Part shown: positions 8,949 to 18,175 of the stretch, piece after piece
Layout: every line of letters begins with the position of its first letter
How positions within the stretch are numbered: the first letter of the stretch is position 1
Origin: Thermoplasmatota archaeon
GTDB taxonomy: Archaea; Thermoplasmatota; Thermoplasmata; Thermoplasmatales; Thermoplasmataceae
Assembly (NCBI GenBank): GCA_023487205.1
Contig: JAMDBT010000047.1
Location: 16,879 to 80,878, forward strand
DNA length: 64,000 nucleotides
Direction of reading: 5' to 3'
The notes under the pieces: model-generated
The model's input: only the letters and a program-made list of their open reading frames with translations
Databases searched by the model: none
Told to the model about the DNA's origin: nothing
Made by a program: the position numbers and the translations under genes

Positions 8949-9752
8949 TCAATTTGCAGGTCCTGTTTCCATCGTTCTCTTGGCTTCGACCCTCACTGAC
9001 ACCCACATCCCGCCGAGATACAGTGCGATCATGGGAATGGCCATCACTGTCATCGTGAATCCTGTCACGCCAGGGGAAAAAATCATTCCGAAAACGAATG
9101 CCCCAATGACAGCATGTCTCCAGTGGTCTCGCCAGAACTTGGCAGGGATCACGCCTGCACCTGTCAGGGCGACCATGAAAACTGGAACCTCAAATGATAC
9201 CCCGAAAATAAGCGTGTAAATGAGGACGAAATTAAGGAAACTGGTTACGCTCACGGAAGAGACCACTCCGAGCCCTATGTCGAACATGTTGAATATCGCA
9301 AAAAGCTCTGGAAGCACGATCCACAGGCCAAACACGGCTCCAGTAATGAAAAGGACCGTGGCCGGAATTACCACCTGCCTGGCTGCGTGTATCTCTCCCG
9401 GCTTCAATGCCGGTTTAACGAATGCCCACGCGTGATGGACAGAGTATGGCATGCTCAGGGAAAATCCCAGGAAAAGGCATGAATAGAAGTCGGCCATCAG
9501 ACCGTCGGACGGGCGGAGAATGAGAAGTTCCGTCCCGGAAGGCAAAAGGTGGTATTCCAGCAGCTTTATGAATTGTGCCCCGACATTTGAATATGGGTCG
9601 GGATAGAGGAATGGGAACGTAACTGGACCGACAGTCAGGTACTGAATCCTGAATAAAAGCAACACCATCGAAGTCAGCATTATGCCGGCGAAGATTCTGA
9701 TTACCCTGAAGCGCAACTCATCCAGATGCTTCAGAAATTCTCCGGGTTCCAA
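8949..9752 (-). CDS. tatC: twin-arginine translocase subunit TatC
   Basis: 267 aa with 6 TM segments. N-terminal ..HLDELRFRVIRIF.. is typical of TatC. Adjacent to tatA. Confidence 0.9.
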   Translation of the reverse strand: MEPGEFLKHLDELRFRVIRIFAGIMLTSMVLLLFRIQYLTVGPVTFPFLYPDPYSNVGAQFIKLLEYHLLPSGTELLILRPSDGLMADFYSCLFLGFSLSMPYSVHHAWAFVKPALKPGEIHAARQVVIPATVLFITGAVFGLWIVLPELFAIFNMFDIGLGVVSSVSVTSFLNFVLIYTLIFGVSFEVPVFMVALTGAGVIPAKFWRDHWRHAVIGAFVFGMIFSPGVTGFTMTVMAIPMIALYLGGMWVSVRVEAKRTMETGPAN

Positions 9753-9761
9753 GGGGAAGAC

Positions 9762-10052
9762 TCACTGATTGGTAGATACTTTTCTGGCGATTTCCTGCTT
9801 CAGTTCCTCGTCAGTCTTGTTTCCGGGGTCAATTCCCAAGCTTTTTGCGGCATCCCTGTACTGTGAAGTCACCACAGGCTGGGCTTCATAGGAATTCTTG
9901 AGTTCGCGTTCCAGCTCCATCTTTCCCCTGGTATACTCACCATGAGCGCGCCCAAGGCTCCTTGCCAGTTCAGGTATCTTCTTTGCTCCCCCAAACAAAA
10001 CGAGAACCAGCACAATGATGATGATCCAGTCTGTGGGGGTATCAAACGCCAT
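9762..10052 (-). CDS. tatA: twin-arginine translocase subunit TatA/E
   Basis: One N-terminal TM segment followed by FGGAKKIPELARSLGRA and an amphipathic helix. Confidence 0.85.
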   Translation of the reverse strand: MAFDTPTDWIIIIVLVLVLFGGAKKIPELARSLGRAHGEYTRGKMELERELKNSYEAQPVVTSQYRDAAKSLGIDPGNKTDEELKQEIARKVSTNQ

Positions 10053-10065
10053 ATTTCACAATTGA

Positions 10066-10079
10066 AAGTTCTTATATAA
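10066..10079 (-). promoter_or_regulatory. putative TATA box/core promoter of tatA
   Basis: The minus strand reads TTATATAAGAACTT 14-27 nt upstream of the tatA ATG (10052), which fits a leaderless transcript. Confidence 0.4.
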
Positions 10080-10148
10080 GACTTGGGCAGGTGGAAATCC
10101 GAACATGCGCAGCATCGGAAAATGCACCTATTCCCGGCTGCAGGAATC

Positions 10149-11921
10149 TCAGGCAGACGTAATGGTTCGCCGCAGGATCTCGTAGTAGTGATACGCAAGA
10201 ACAAGAAGTGAGACAGCAGAAATGCCGTGCCTGTGGGACCAGTCGATCTCCTTGATCAGATAGGTGAGGTGGCTGCTCTTGTCTTCACCAGCCTCATACT
10301 CCGATCCGTTCATGTATTGCAGGATCTTCTCCCGTATCTGGTGCCTTTCGTCTGACGTCAGGTAGCCAAGCCTGCCTGCAATATCAGTCATCATCAGCCC
10401 CGAGACATAAGTGGTCCTGGCAATTTCATCCCTGGACATCCATTTCGTCTCGTAGTTCAGGTAGTCCACCCACGAAAGGCCCCGCTCCAGAAGATCATAA
10501 TAGGCCATCACGTTTCTTGCAGTTATCTTGTATCCATATTTCTCGGAGTTCTCGTAAAATAGAGACCCGGGATCAACGAACGGAGCGAGGGGCGAAATGA
10601 ACCCATACATTTGCATGCCGTTCGCGTAACGCTTCCGCATCAAGGATTCTAGGTATCCGCAGTCTGACAGAACATCTTCCCCCGTCTGCTCCGGCAATCC
10701 GATTGTGAGGTACAGATCAAACTTCCTGGATCCGAACTTTCCGGCAAGATCGATGGACTTTTCCAACTGGCTGTTACCGTACCTCTTTCCGGTGATTCTT
10801 CTTATCCTCTCGTTTGAGGATTCGGGGGACATCTCACAGGCAAATTCAGAAACGCTGTGCGAGAGCGACCTGAAGAAATCCTCGCCGGGCGGGTAAAAAT
10901 ACTCGGTTAGAAGGGGTAAGTCCAGGCCCCTTTCTTTAAGCTCAGTGAAGAGTCTGTCGTAATACTTCTCCCCTGCTAAATTAAGGTCGCCCGCCACAAA
11001 CATGGGAGAATTAATGGTTTCCTTGACCACCAGCATCTCATCCGCCACCCTGGCAGGGTCCCTTCTCACCGGCGCAGTGAAGAAATAGTGGTTTCGGTAT
11101 GCGAAATTAGAACCGCCGCAGAAGCCGCAATTCATCTGGCAACCCCTCTGGATTAGCGTCATTCCGATGGGGTTTTCAATCCAGGAGTAGTACGGGAGGT
11201 GCCCCTTCACGTCGTGATATTTAATGGAGTTCTTGACCAGAATTCCATAATCGATGAAAACTGCGTCACCGGGGTTCTCATCCCTCAACCGGGGGTTGGT
11301 TCTCACCTTTCCTTCCTGCCTGTAGACAAGATTCGGCACGGAATCGAGGCTCCTGTTTCCCTGATAGTTTTCCACCAGGGAAAGCAACTGCTTCTCGACA
11401 AAATCGCCACTGAGTATGAAGTCAACGTACGGATTAGTGCGCATTATGTCCTCAGCGAAGTAGGTGGCAGAGAAACCTCCAAGAAGCACTTTCCTGTCTG
11501 GATGATATTTCTTCACCATTTCCGCAATCTTGAAGGCGCCATGCACATGGGGCAGCCAGTGCAGATCAATTCCATATATCTCGGCGTCAAGATTCCTGAT
11601 GTACCTCTCCGCATCGAAATTCCTGTCAGAAAGCATTAGCACCGCGATGTTGCTTATCCTGCCGGAATGACCGTTCTGGATGAGGTAGTTCAGCATGCTC
11701 ACGAATCCAACGGGATACATCTCGAACAACGGCGTAGAAGGTATCACGTCTCCCACCGGGCCCTCGCGAAGATTCTTCTTTCTGAAGTCATAAATGCTCG
11801 GTGGATGGATGAACGCCACATCCGCATTCATAATGCCAGGTATCGCATTGCAACCTAAAACACATGGCGTCGAAGAATCCTGGCGGAATTGCACGTCAGA
11901 GTTAAACGGAATTGGCTTCAT
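10149..11921 (-). CDS. B12-binding-domain radical SAM protein
   Basis: CQMNCGFCGG (CxxxCxxC) radical SAM cluster motif. The N-terminal region (..KVLLGGFSATYFAEDI..) resembles a cobalamin-binding domain. 590 aa. Confidence 0.85.
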   Translation of the reverse strand: MKPIPFNSDVQFRQDSSTPCVLGCNAIPGIMNADVAFIHPPSIYDFRKKNLREGPVGDVIPSTPLFEMYPVGFVSMLNYLIQNGHSGRISNIAVLMLSDRNFDAERYIRNLDAEIYGIDLHWLPHVHGAFKIAEMVKKYHPDRKVLLGGFSATYFAEDIMRTNPYVDFILSGDFVEKQLLSLVENYQGNRSLDSVPNLVYRQEGKVRTNPRLRDENPGDAVFIDYGILVKNSIKYHDVKGHLPYYSWIENPIGMTLIQRGCQMNCGFCGGSNFAYRNHYFFTAPVRRDPARVADEMLVVKETINSPMFVAGDLNLAGEKYYDRLFTELKERGLDLPLLTEYFYPPGEDFFRSLSHSVSEFACEMSPESSNERIRRITGKRYGNSQLEKSIDLAGKFGSRKFDLYLTIGLPEQTGEDVLSDCGYLESLMRKRYANGMQMYGFISPLAPFVDPGSLFYENSEKYGYKITARNVMAYYDLLERGLSWVDYLNYETKWMSRDEIARTTYVSGLMMTDIAGRLGYLTSDERHQIREKILQYMNGSEYEAGEDKSSHLTYLIKEIDWSHRHGISAVSLLVLAYHYYEILRRTITSA

Positions 11922-11936
11922 ACGCCAGCGTGCGGA

Positions 11937-12263
11937 TCAGTCTATGTCAAGCTCTACCCTGATCCCGTCCTTTTCGAACGGGGCGGTTGCCTTCCGGATA
12001 GTTTCTTTCAGTTCTTTTGAGGGCTTACCAAGGGATATGGATATTACCTTCTTGCTCGTGTTCACGACCACAAAGCCTATGGTGTGGTCCTCAGGCATTA
12101 CCGTTTCCGTTCTGGAGTATTTTGAGATGAATTCAGAAAGCACCTCGCTCGCGTATTCTGACCGGAACAGTTCGGGCAGGGATGTTATGGAATCGCACAA
12201 TTTGGCAATTTCCACGCATATTGTAGACGTGTGTACATCGGGGAGGCTGATATTGTATATCAC
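11937..12263 (-). CDS. hypothetical protein (108 aa)
   Basis: An ORF 15 nt downstream of the radical SAM gene on the same strand. No family recognised. Confidence 0.5.
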   Translation of the reverse strand: MIYNISLPDVHTSTICVEIAKLCDSITSLPELFRSEYASEVLSEFISKYSRTETVMPEDHTIGFVVVNTSKKVISISLGKPSKELKETIRKATAPFEKDGIRVELDID

Positions 12264-12335
12264 GCAGTCCGTCAGAATGTCACCGTTTCGCCAGATTCGG
12301 AATTGAGCTTAAACAAATCCTTTTTGCTCCGGGAA

Positions 12336-14339
12336 TCAGGAAAAGCGTCTTTCGCGGATTTCATCATTTACCATTTTGGCGAAATCCTTGAATGGCATTT
12401 TCTCCTGCGAGTTGTCCTTGCGCCTGACGGTCACGCTGCCTTCGTCAACCTCTTTCTGGCCAACGACCAGAATGTAGGAAGGCCTCAGGGAGTGGAGCGT
12501 CCTTATCTTCTTGCTCACAGTATCATTGGAATTGTCTACGCTAGACCTGATGCCGTGGGACAGTAGATCCGCATTGATCTTTTCCGCGTACCCTGATGAG
12601 GAGTCGTTTACGGGAACGATGATAACCTGGTGAGGAGACAACCAGGTGGGAAGCTTTCCAGCACTGCCTTCAATCATTATTGCCATGATGCGTTCAAAGC
12701 TGCCATAAACTGCCCGGTGAAGCATTATGATTGGTTCTTTCTTTCCGTCCGCGGAAACATAATACAGTCCGAAGTTGGCCGGCATGAAGAAGTCCACCTG
12801 GATCGTTGAGATCTGCCACTCCCTGCGTATGGCATCCCTGGCCTTTATGTCAATCTTAGGGCCATAGAATGCGGCGTCTCCCGGAAACTCACGATAGCTT
12901 AATCCAGCCCTCTTTAAGGCCTCGCGAAGCGAATTCGATGCGTCGTCCCACTTGGTAAAATCTGGGCTGAGGCGTTCCGATGAGCAGGACGGGCACTTGA
13001 TTTCACCTTCCGCTGCCTTCCTCATCTCAGTCACAGTTCCGCAATTGGCGCATTTGTAGGAAATCAGGAAATTGTCGGGGTTCTGCTTATCGATTAAACT
13101 GAGGTTGAAGGCGAGTTCCGGCTCCTCGAAAAGCTTCGAGGACGACTCCTTAACCATTTCCAGTATTGACAGTATTTCTTCGACAACCTGATCCAGTCTG
13201 AGGAAAGCATGCCCATCGTCAATCGTAAACATCCGAGGTCTTGTGAGCCCCCCTACCTCTCCCGATTTCTCATACCTGTAAACTGTCCCGAACTCCGAGT
13301 ATCTCACTGGCAGGTCCCTATAACTGTACACTTTTCTGTCAAATATGGTAATATGCCCCGGGCAATTCATCGGCTTTATCCCGTATCCATCGCCGTTCAG
13401 ATCAAAGACGAACATATTGGGTTTATACTTGGCAAAATGGCCTGACTTCCTCCATATCTCGTCCTTGAATACGTGCGGCGTGGTGACCTCTTCCCATCCG
13501 CGCGAAGAATTCAACTCCCTCATATACTTCATCAGTTCATTCCTGATGATGGTCCCGTTTGGGGTGTAAAGCGGGAAACCCGGAGCGAGTTCCGAGTTGA
13601 ACAGATACAGATCCATTTCCTGCCCCAGCTTCCGGTGATCCCGCTTGGCTGCTTCTTCCCTCAACTCGAGGAATTCATCCAACTCTTTCCGGGTGGGAAA
13701 CACGGTGCCGTATATCCGCACCATCTTCTCCAGATTCTCGTCCCCCTTGTAGTATGCGCTTGACACTGACAGCAGTTTTGAAGCCATCAGATAGCCCGTG
13801 TGCGGAACATGCGGACCCGTGCAGAAGTCGGTGAACTCGGCCTGCTCGTACACAGTGGACTTTCCGCCGTCGGGGATCTTCTCGGCGATTCTCTCTGATT
13901 TGAATTTGTTTCCGCCAAACTTCCTGAGAAGTTCCTCCTTGTTCAGCATCTTCTTGACGATGGGAATTTTCTTTGAAGCAATGTCATGCATCCTCTTCTC
14001 GATTTGCGTCAGTGTCTCAGAGCTTACCGGATCCATGAAGATGTCGTAATAGAAGCCATCCTCCGTGGGCGGGCCTGCATTCGGCAGTGCCTTCGGGAAA
14101 AGTTGCAATACTGATTGCGCAAGCAAATGAGCTCCAGAATGCCGAAGGATCATGATTCCCTCTTCGGAATTCAGCAAAATGGGAGTGCAATTCGAATCCT
14201 CGGCCGAAACGTCCGATAGGTCGTGAAGGGTCTGGCCAACCTTTGCTGCAATAACGCCATCGTGGCCAGACAGTGCGTCACCGAACTTCTCTCCCTTTTT
14301 GACTGAAAACCGAGTGCGCTTTTCTTCCATGTTAGACAA
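12336..14339 (-). CDS. thrS: threonyl-tRNA synthetase (bacterial-type architecture with TGS and N2 editing domains)
   Basis: Editing motifs RHSGAHLLAQ and CTGPHV. Class II core motifs HRKLGQEMDLY.., FRYE-like YRYEKSGEVGGLTRPRMFTIDDGH and AFYGPKID. Confidence 0.95.
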   Translation of the reverse strand: MSNMEEKRTRFSVKKGEKFGDALSGHDGVIAAKVGQTLHDLSDVSAEDSNCTPILLNSEEGIMILRHSGAHLLAQSVLQLFPKALPNAGPPTEDGFYYDIFMDPVSSETLTQIEKRMHDIASKKIPIVKKMLNKEELLRKFGGNKFKSERIAEKIPDGGKSTVYEQAEFTDFCTGPHVPHTGYLMASKLLSVSSAYYKGDENLEKMVRIYGTVFPTRKELDEFLELREEAAKRDHRKLGQEMDLYLFNSELAPGFPLYTPNGTIIRNELMKYMRELNSSRGWEEVTTPHVFKDEIWRKSGHFAKYKPNMFVFDLNGDGYGIKPMNCPGHITIFDRKVYSYRDLPVRYSEFGTVYRYEKSGEVGGLTRPRMFTIDDGHAFLRLDQVVEEILSILEMVKESSSKLFEEPELAFNLSLIDKQNPDNFLISYKCANCGTVTEMRKAAEGEIKCPSCSSERLSPDFTKWDDASNSLREALKRAGLSYREFPGDAAFYGPKIDIKARDAIRREWQISTIQVDFFMPANFGLYYVSADGKKEPIIMLHRAVYGSFERIMAIMIEGSAGKLPTWLSPHQVIIVPVNDSSSGYAEKINADLLSHGIRSSVDNSNDTVSKKIRTLHSLRPSYILVVGQKEVDEGSVTVRRKDNSQEKMPFKDFAKMVNDEIRERRFS

Positions 14340-14358
14340 GGTAGATGGGAATCAGCGA

Positions 14359-15849
14359 TTAAATTCTTATTTGTTCCAGCACCGTTTTTTCAAATCCATC
14401 GGATGATACCAACTCGCAGATCTTTTCGATGTCTACGTAGGGAGGCCTATCCTGCTTCAATTCAGGAACTTCCTTTCTTATGATTTCCACAGTCCTGGAG
14501 AGTACATTGCCCAGTGGCACGCCAGCAACTTCTGCTGCCTGTATGGAGAGAAGCAACTCAATGGCTATTATCTTCTTCAGGTTTGCAACTATCCTGGAGA
14601 GTTTCAGGGCTGCGGTCATTCCCATGCTGACGTGATCCTCCTGGCTTGCGGACGTTGGAATGGTATCGACTGAGGCAGGATGAGCCAAGGTCTTGTTGTA
14701 ATTGCAGAGGGCTGCCGATACGTACTGTGGAATCATATATCCAGAACTCAGGCCGCTGTCTCTTGTCAGGAATGCGGGAAGGCCACTCATGTTCTTGTCC
14801 ACCAGCAATGCCGTTCTTCTCTCGCAAATGTTTCCCAGATCTGTGAGCGCGATGGCAAGGAAATCACAGGCAAATGCAACGGGTTCACCATGGAAGTTGC
14901 CTGCAGATATCACTTCACCGTCTTTCACCAGGGGATTGTCTGTGGCAGAATTCATCTCGATTTCCAGTACATTGCGCGCGTATTCCAGGGTATCCAGTAC
15001 TGCGCCGTGTACCTGTGGAATGCATCTCAGGCTGTAAGGGTCCTGGATTCTGGCACCCTCGCCAGACTCAGCGAGTAATTCTCTCATGACGCGGGAAATC
15101 TTTGCCTGACCGGCATGGTTCCTGGATTCCACTGCCCACTTGGTGTATGCGGCAGCATTTCCCCTGAGCGCAGAAAACGATATTGCTGCAGAAATCGCCG
15201 ACAGCTTGATCAGGTCGCAAGCCCTTGCAATCTCCACAGCAAGGATACCGCTGATAGCGGCAGTGCCGTTTATGAAAGCCACACCCTCCTTGTATGAGAA
15301 CTTGTACGGAGCGAGTCCATTTTCCTTCAAAACTGCAGCAGATCGGTATCTCTTTCCGTCCTTCAGGAATTCGCCCTCGCCAGCAAGCGAAAGCGCAACG
15401 TGTGAGAGGGGTGCAAGGTCCCCGCTGGCACCGACCGAACCTATCTCAGGGACATAAGGAACAAGACCCTTGTTGATCAGGTCAAGCAGTGACTGCAAGA
15501 GATTCTCGCTTACAGCAGAATGGGCATACAGGAAAGTGTTGGCCCTTATTGTCATCATTGCCCTGACGTACTCCCTCGAAAGCGGTTCTCCGACTCCAGA
15601 AGCGTGGCTCCTTATGAGGTTCATCTGCAACTCGCCAATTTTGTCTTGCGGGACCTTCACGTTGTAAAGGCTACCGAACCCCGTGTTCACCCCATAAACC
15701 GTTTTTCCAGACTCAAGGAGTTTTTCAAGGGATTCACGATTCTTTCGCAGCCTCTGAAGAGCTTCCTTGGTGGTTCTAACTTCCTGTCCAAGAAAAGCGA
15801 TGTTTCTGACTGCATTTACCGAAAGGGAATGACCATCTATCTCAGCCAT
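14359..15849 (-). CDS. hutH: histidine ammonia-lyase (MIO-dependent aromatic amino acid lyase family)
   Basis: GSVGASGDLAPLSH (Ala-Ser-Gly MIO precursor). NLIRSHASGVG carries the Ser-His pair typical of HAL rather than PAL or TAL. Confidence 0.88.
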   Translation of the reverse strand: MAEIDGHSLSVNAVRNIAFLGQEVRTTKEALQRLRKNRESLEKLLESGKTVYGVNTGFGSLYNVKVPQDKIGELQMNLIRSHASGVGEPLSREYVRAMMTIRANTFLYAHSAVSENLLQSLLDLINKGLVPYVPEIGSVGASGDLAPLSHVALSLAGEGEFLKDGKRYRSAAVLKENGLAPYKFSYKEGVAFINGTAAISGILAVEIARACDLIKLSAISAAISFSALRGNAAAYTKWAVESRNHAGQAKISRVMRELLAESGEGARIQDPYSLRCIPQVHGAVLDTLEYARNVLEIEMNSATDNPLVKDGEVISAGNFHGEPVAFACDFLAIALTDLGNICERRTALLVDKNMSGLPAFLTRDSGLSSGYMIPQYVSAALCNYNKTLAHPASVDTIPTSASQEDHVSMGMTAALKLSRIVANLKKIIAIELLLSIQAAEVAGVPLGNVLSRTVEIIRKEVPELKQDRPPYVDIEKICELVSSDGFEKTVLEQIRI

Positions 15850-16011
15850 CTAAAGGACATCGCATTTTCGGAATAAAATCTCCTGATCCCGCAAGCTTCT
15901 TTGGACCCAAATTAAGGAACCCGGCTTTCCCACGGCTTGAGGCCTCCCGGTCTTCAACCATCTGCGAGCGTTCGTGCGCAACCTGTTTATTGGGGGGCTG
16001 AATGACCGGCC

Positions 16012-16587
16012 ATGCCAGGGAGAGACAAGCACCATCATACGTTCTCGGCAAAACATTCATTTATGCTGCTAAGCGACACGCGCGTCAGGGCGCATCCACC
16101 TGAGAACATAATTGGCCACATGAAAATCCAGCCGGATGACGTTGTTGTGGACCTTGGTTGTGGTCCCGGATACTATACTCTTCCAATTGCAAAGCACGCA
16201 AAACAAGTGTTTGCCATAGATCTCCAGCAGGAAATGCTTGACATGGCCAAAAAGAGGGCAATGGAGAACGGTGTCAAGATCGATTTTATGCGATCGGACG
16301 GAACCATCATCGATCTGGCGTCGGAGAGCGTTGACAAGGTCCTGGTGAGCGGGGTACTGCACGAGTTCCCGGATGCAGACAAGGTGCTCGCCGAAATTCG
16401 GAGGATACTGAAGCCATCGGGTACGCTGACAATCCGCGAAAGAACCAGAGTGGGCCTGACTCCAGTCGGTCCCCCGATAATGAGAGTAAGGGAAATAGAT
16501 GCGGTGCTGGATCAGAACGGGTTCCAAATTTCCTCAACGACGCGGGAAAAAAGGGACAGTTTTGTCACGGCCGTCAAACAACCTTAG
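16012..16587 (+). CDS. class I SAM-dependent methyltransferase
   Basis: VVDLGCGPGYYTLPIA (motif I) and ..VLVSGVLHEF.. The start is uncertain because several in-frame Met codons exist. Confidence 0.8.
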   Translation: MPGRDKHHHTFSAKHSFMLLSDTRVRAHPPENIIGHMKIQPDDVVVDLGCGPGYYTLPIAKHAKQVFAIDLQQEMLDMAKKRAMENGVKIDFMRSDGTIIDLASESVDKVLVSGVLHEFPDADKVLAEIRRILKPSGTLTIRERTRVGLTPVGPPIMRVREIDAVLDQNGFQISSTTREKRDSFVTAVKQP

Positions 16588-16618
16588 CTAATAGGACTAG
16601 ACGCGGATAGCTTCTGTA

Positions 16619-16693
16619 TGCAGGTGCCGGGATTTGGACCCGGGTCGAAAGCTTGGAAGGCTTCCGTGCTAGACCAGACTACACTACACCTGC
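16619..16693 (-). tRNA. tRNA-Gly (anticodon UCC)
   Basis: The reverse complement folds as a cloverleaf: GCAGGUG / GUGU..GCAC / GAAGC-CUUCCAA-GCUUU / CCGGG-UCCAAAU-CCCGG / CACCUGC-A. No encoded CCA and no intron. Confidence 0.9.
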
Positions 16694-16768
16694 TTCAGGG
16701 TTCCACGGCATCAACCGGTCACATATGTATTTTTATGGGGAGTACACAGCGTTCCGGGAATTGAGGGA

Positions 16769-17401
16769 TTATTCCAGGTAAAAAGTATCCGGATAACCGT
16801 GATTCTGGCTTAGCAGACTAATGGTGAAGGTTGCAGTGCCTGTAAAGGATGTATAATTAAAATACAAGTAACCTCCCACAAAATGTGATCCGATTTTCAG
16901 ATTGCTGTGCGAAGCATAACTTTCTGTTATGTTGAACTGACTCATTGGGTACGGGTAAGCGATCGGTACCCTCAACTCGGTGGAGTTATGCGCATAAAGC
17001 GTAAACTGTCCACTTGTCCCGTTAGCGTTGAGAGAATTCCAGTTCCCATTAAGGTACTGCTGCGGGCTATGGAACTGTGGTCCGGAATTAACGGCGAATG
17101 GCGGATTCAGAAATACAATCCAGAATACAAGCCAGGTGAAAAACATCTCACCAAAAAGGAAGAACCTGTGGGACGCCTTCTTGGGGAGTTCCAGTTTCAA
17201 CATCTGGAAAATCGGCCTGTTGAATACCAGTACGGCAAAGAACAGCAATACGCCGATGTACCAGACCAGCGACGAGAGGTAAGCGATCAGGATCCCTATG
17301 ATGAAAAGGAAAACAACGGCTTTTGCTCTTTCTTTCTCCGACTGAAGGAATTCATGCTCGTCGAATTCAGGCTCGGTGAAAAGCGGGTCCCCTTTACTCA
17401 T
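16769..17401 (-). CDS. hypothetical membrane protein (2-3 TM segments plus an Asn/Ser/Thr-rich extracytoplasmic domain)
   Basis: 210-aa ORF with hydrophobic segments (AVVFLFIIGILIAYLSSLVWYIGVLLFFAVLVF). No family recognised. Confidence 0.6.
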   Translation of the reverse strand: MSKGDPLFTEPEFDEHEFLQSEKERAKAVVFLFIIGILIAYLSSLVWYIGVLLFFAVLVFNRPIFQMLKLELPKKASHRFFLFGEMFFTWLVFWIVFLNPPFAVNSGPQFHSPQQYLNGNWNSLNANGTSGQFTLYAHNSTELRVPIAYPYPMSQFNITESYASHSNLKIGSHFVGGYLYFNYTSFTGTATFTISLLSQNHGYPDTFYLE

Positions 17402-17445
17402 CGGTTCGTCCCGATCTTACCTTGTCTAATGAATTTGATCCCGTC

Positions 17446-18117
17446 TCAACGGGAAATCGCTTTTATGAAACCTTCGAGGACTGCGGGCGGATCGCTGGCC
17501 AGCACGACACCGGAGGCGACCAGAATACCCACGGCTCCCAGTTCCATCGATTTCTGGACATCCTCCGGCTTCTTTATTCCAGCCCCGACAAGCACCTTCG
17601 TATTCGTTTCGGAACAGGCAGATATGACCTCCTCAATCACTTCGGGCTTTGCAGTCGCTACGGATATGTCCCCTCCAATCAGTTCCGGTGGCTCGTATGA
17701 AATGAACTCTGCGCCCATCTTCGAAAACCTTCTGGCCTCTTCGACCCGCTCAACGCATAGGAACACCTTGAATTCCTGTTTCATTGCCATCTGGAGCACT
17801 TTCTCGATTTCCTTCTCTGGAATTCGTCTCTCCGAATGGTTCAGAAGGGAAGCGCCAATCCCCATCTTCTTGAGGGCTTCAATGGAAACCTGTCCGGTAA
17901 AAGGTCCGAAGGGGGTGCCATCCACGTGCTGAGATATGATTTCCATACGGGGGAACCGATCTTTCAGAACTGCCAGATCATACACTGGAACGGCAAATCC
18001 CGGGTGAATGCCACGCGGTGCCCTCACTTCGCCAAGGCGATCAAGCAGGTTCTTTGCGCCGTCCAGTGATGCGTTCCTGTATTGCTTCAGGTTTACAAGT
18101 ACGAACTTGTCTGTCAT
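17446..18117 (-). CDS. tpiA: triosephosphate isomerase (short archaeal type)
   Basis: 223 aa. ..LLNHSERR.. and ..ISYEPPELIGG.. motifs. Confidence 0.9.
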   Translation of the reverse strand: MTDKFVLVNLKQYRNASLDGAKNLLDRLGEVRAPRGIHPGFAVPVYDLAVLKDRFPRMEIISQHVDGTPFGPFTGQVSIEALKKMGIGASLLNHSERRIPEKEIEKVLQMAMKQEFKVFLCVERVEEARRFSKMGAEFISYEPPELIGGDISVATAKPEVIEEVISACSETNTKVLVGAGIKKPEDVQKSMELGAVGILVASGVVLASDPPAVLEGFIKAISR

Positions 18118-18175
18118 TCCAATTCAGTAGCTTGGGCCAGCGACAAGGATCGCAGGGCTATTGGCACGAAAACCG

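Noticed and set aside
14340-14358. Only 19 nt separate hutH from thrS, suggesting a functional hutH-thrS operon.
   Set aside because: Tight packing is the rule throughout this window. No other hut genes (hutU, hutI) are present, so adjacency alone does not support a functional link.
16907-17932. 341-aa plus-strand ORF.
   Set aside because: It runs antisense across two well-supported minus-strand genes, the membrane protein gene and tpiA, and across the spacer between them. Its composition is not protein-like and it has no recognisable motif.
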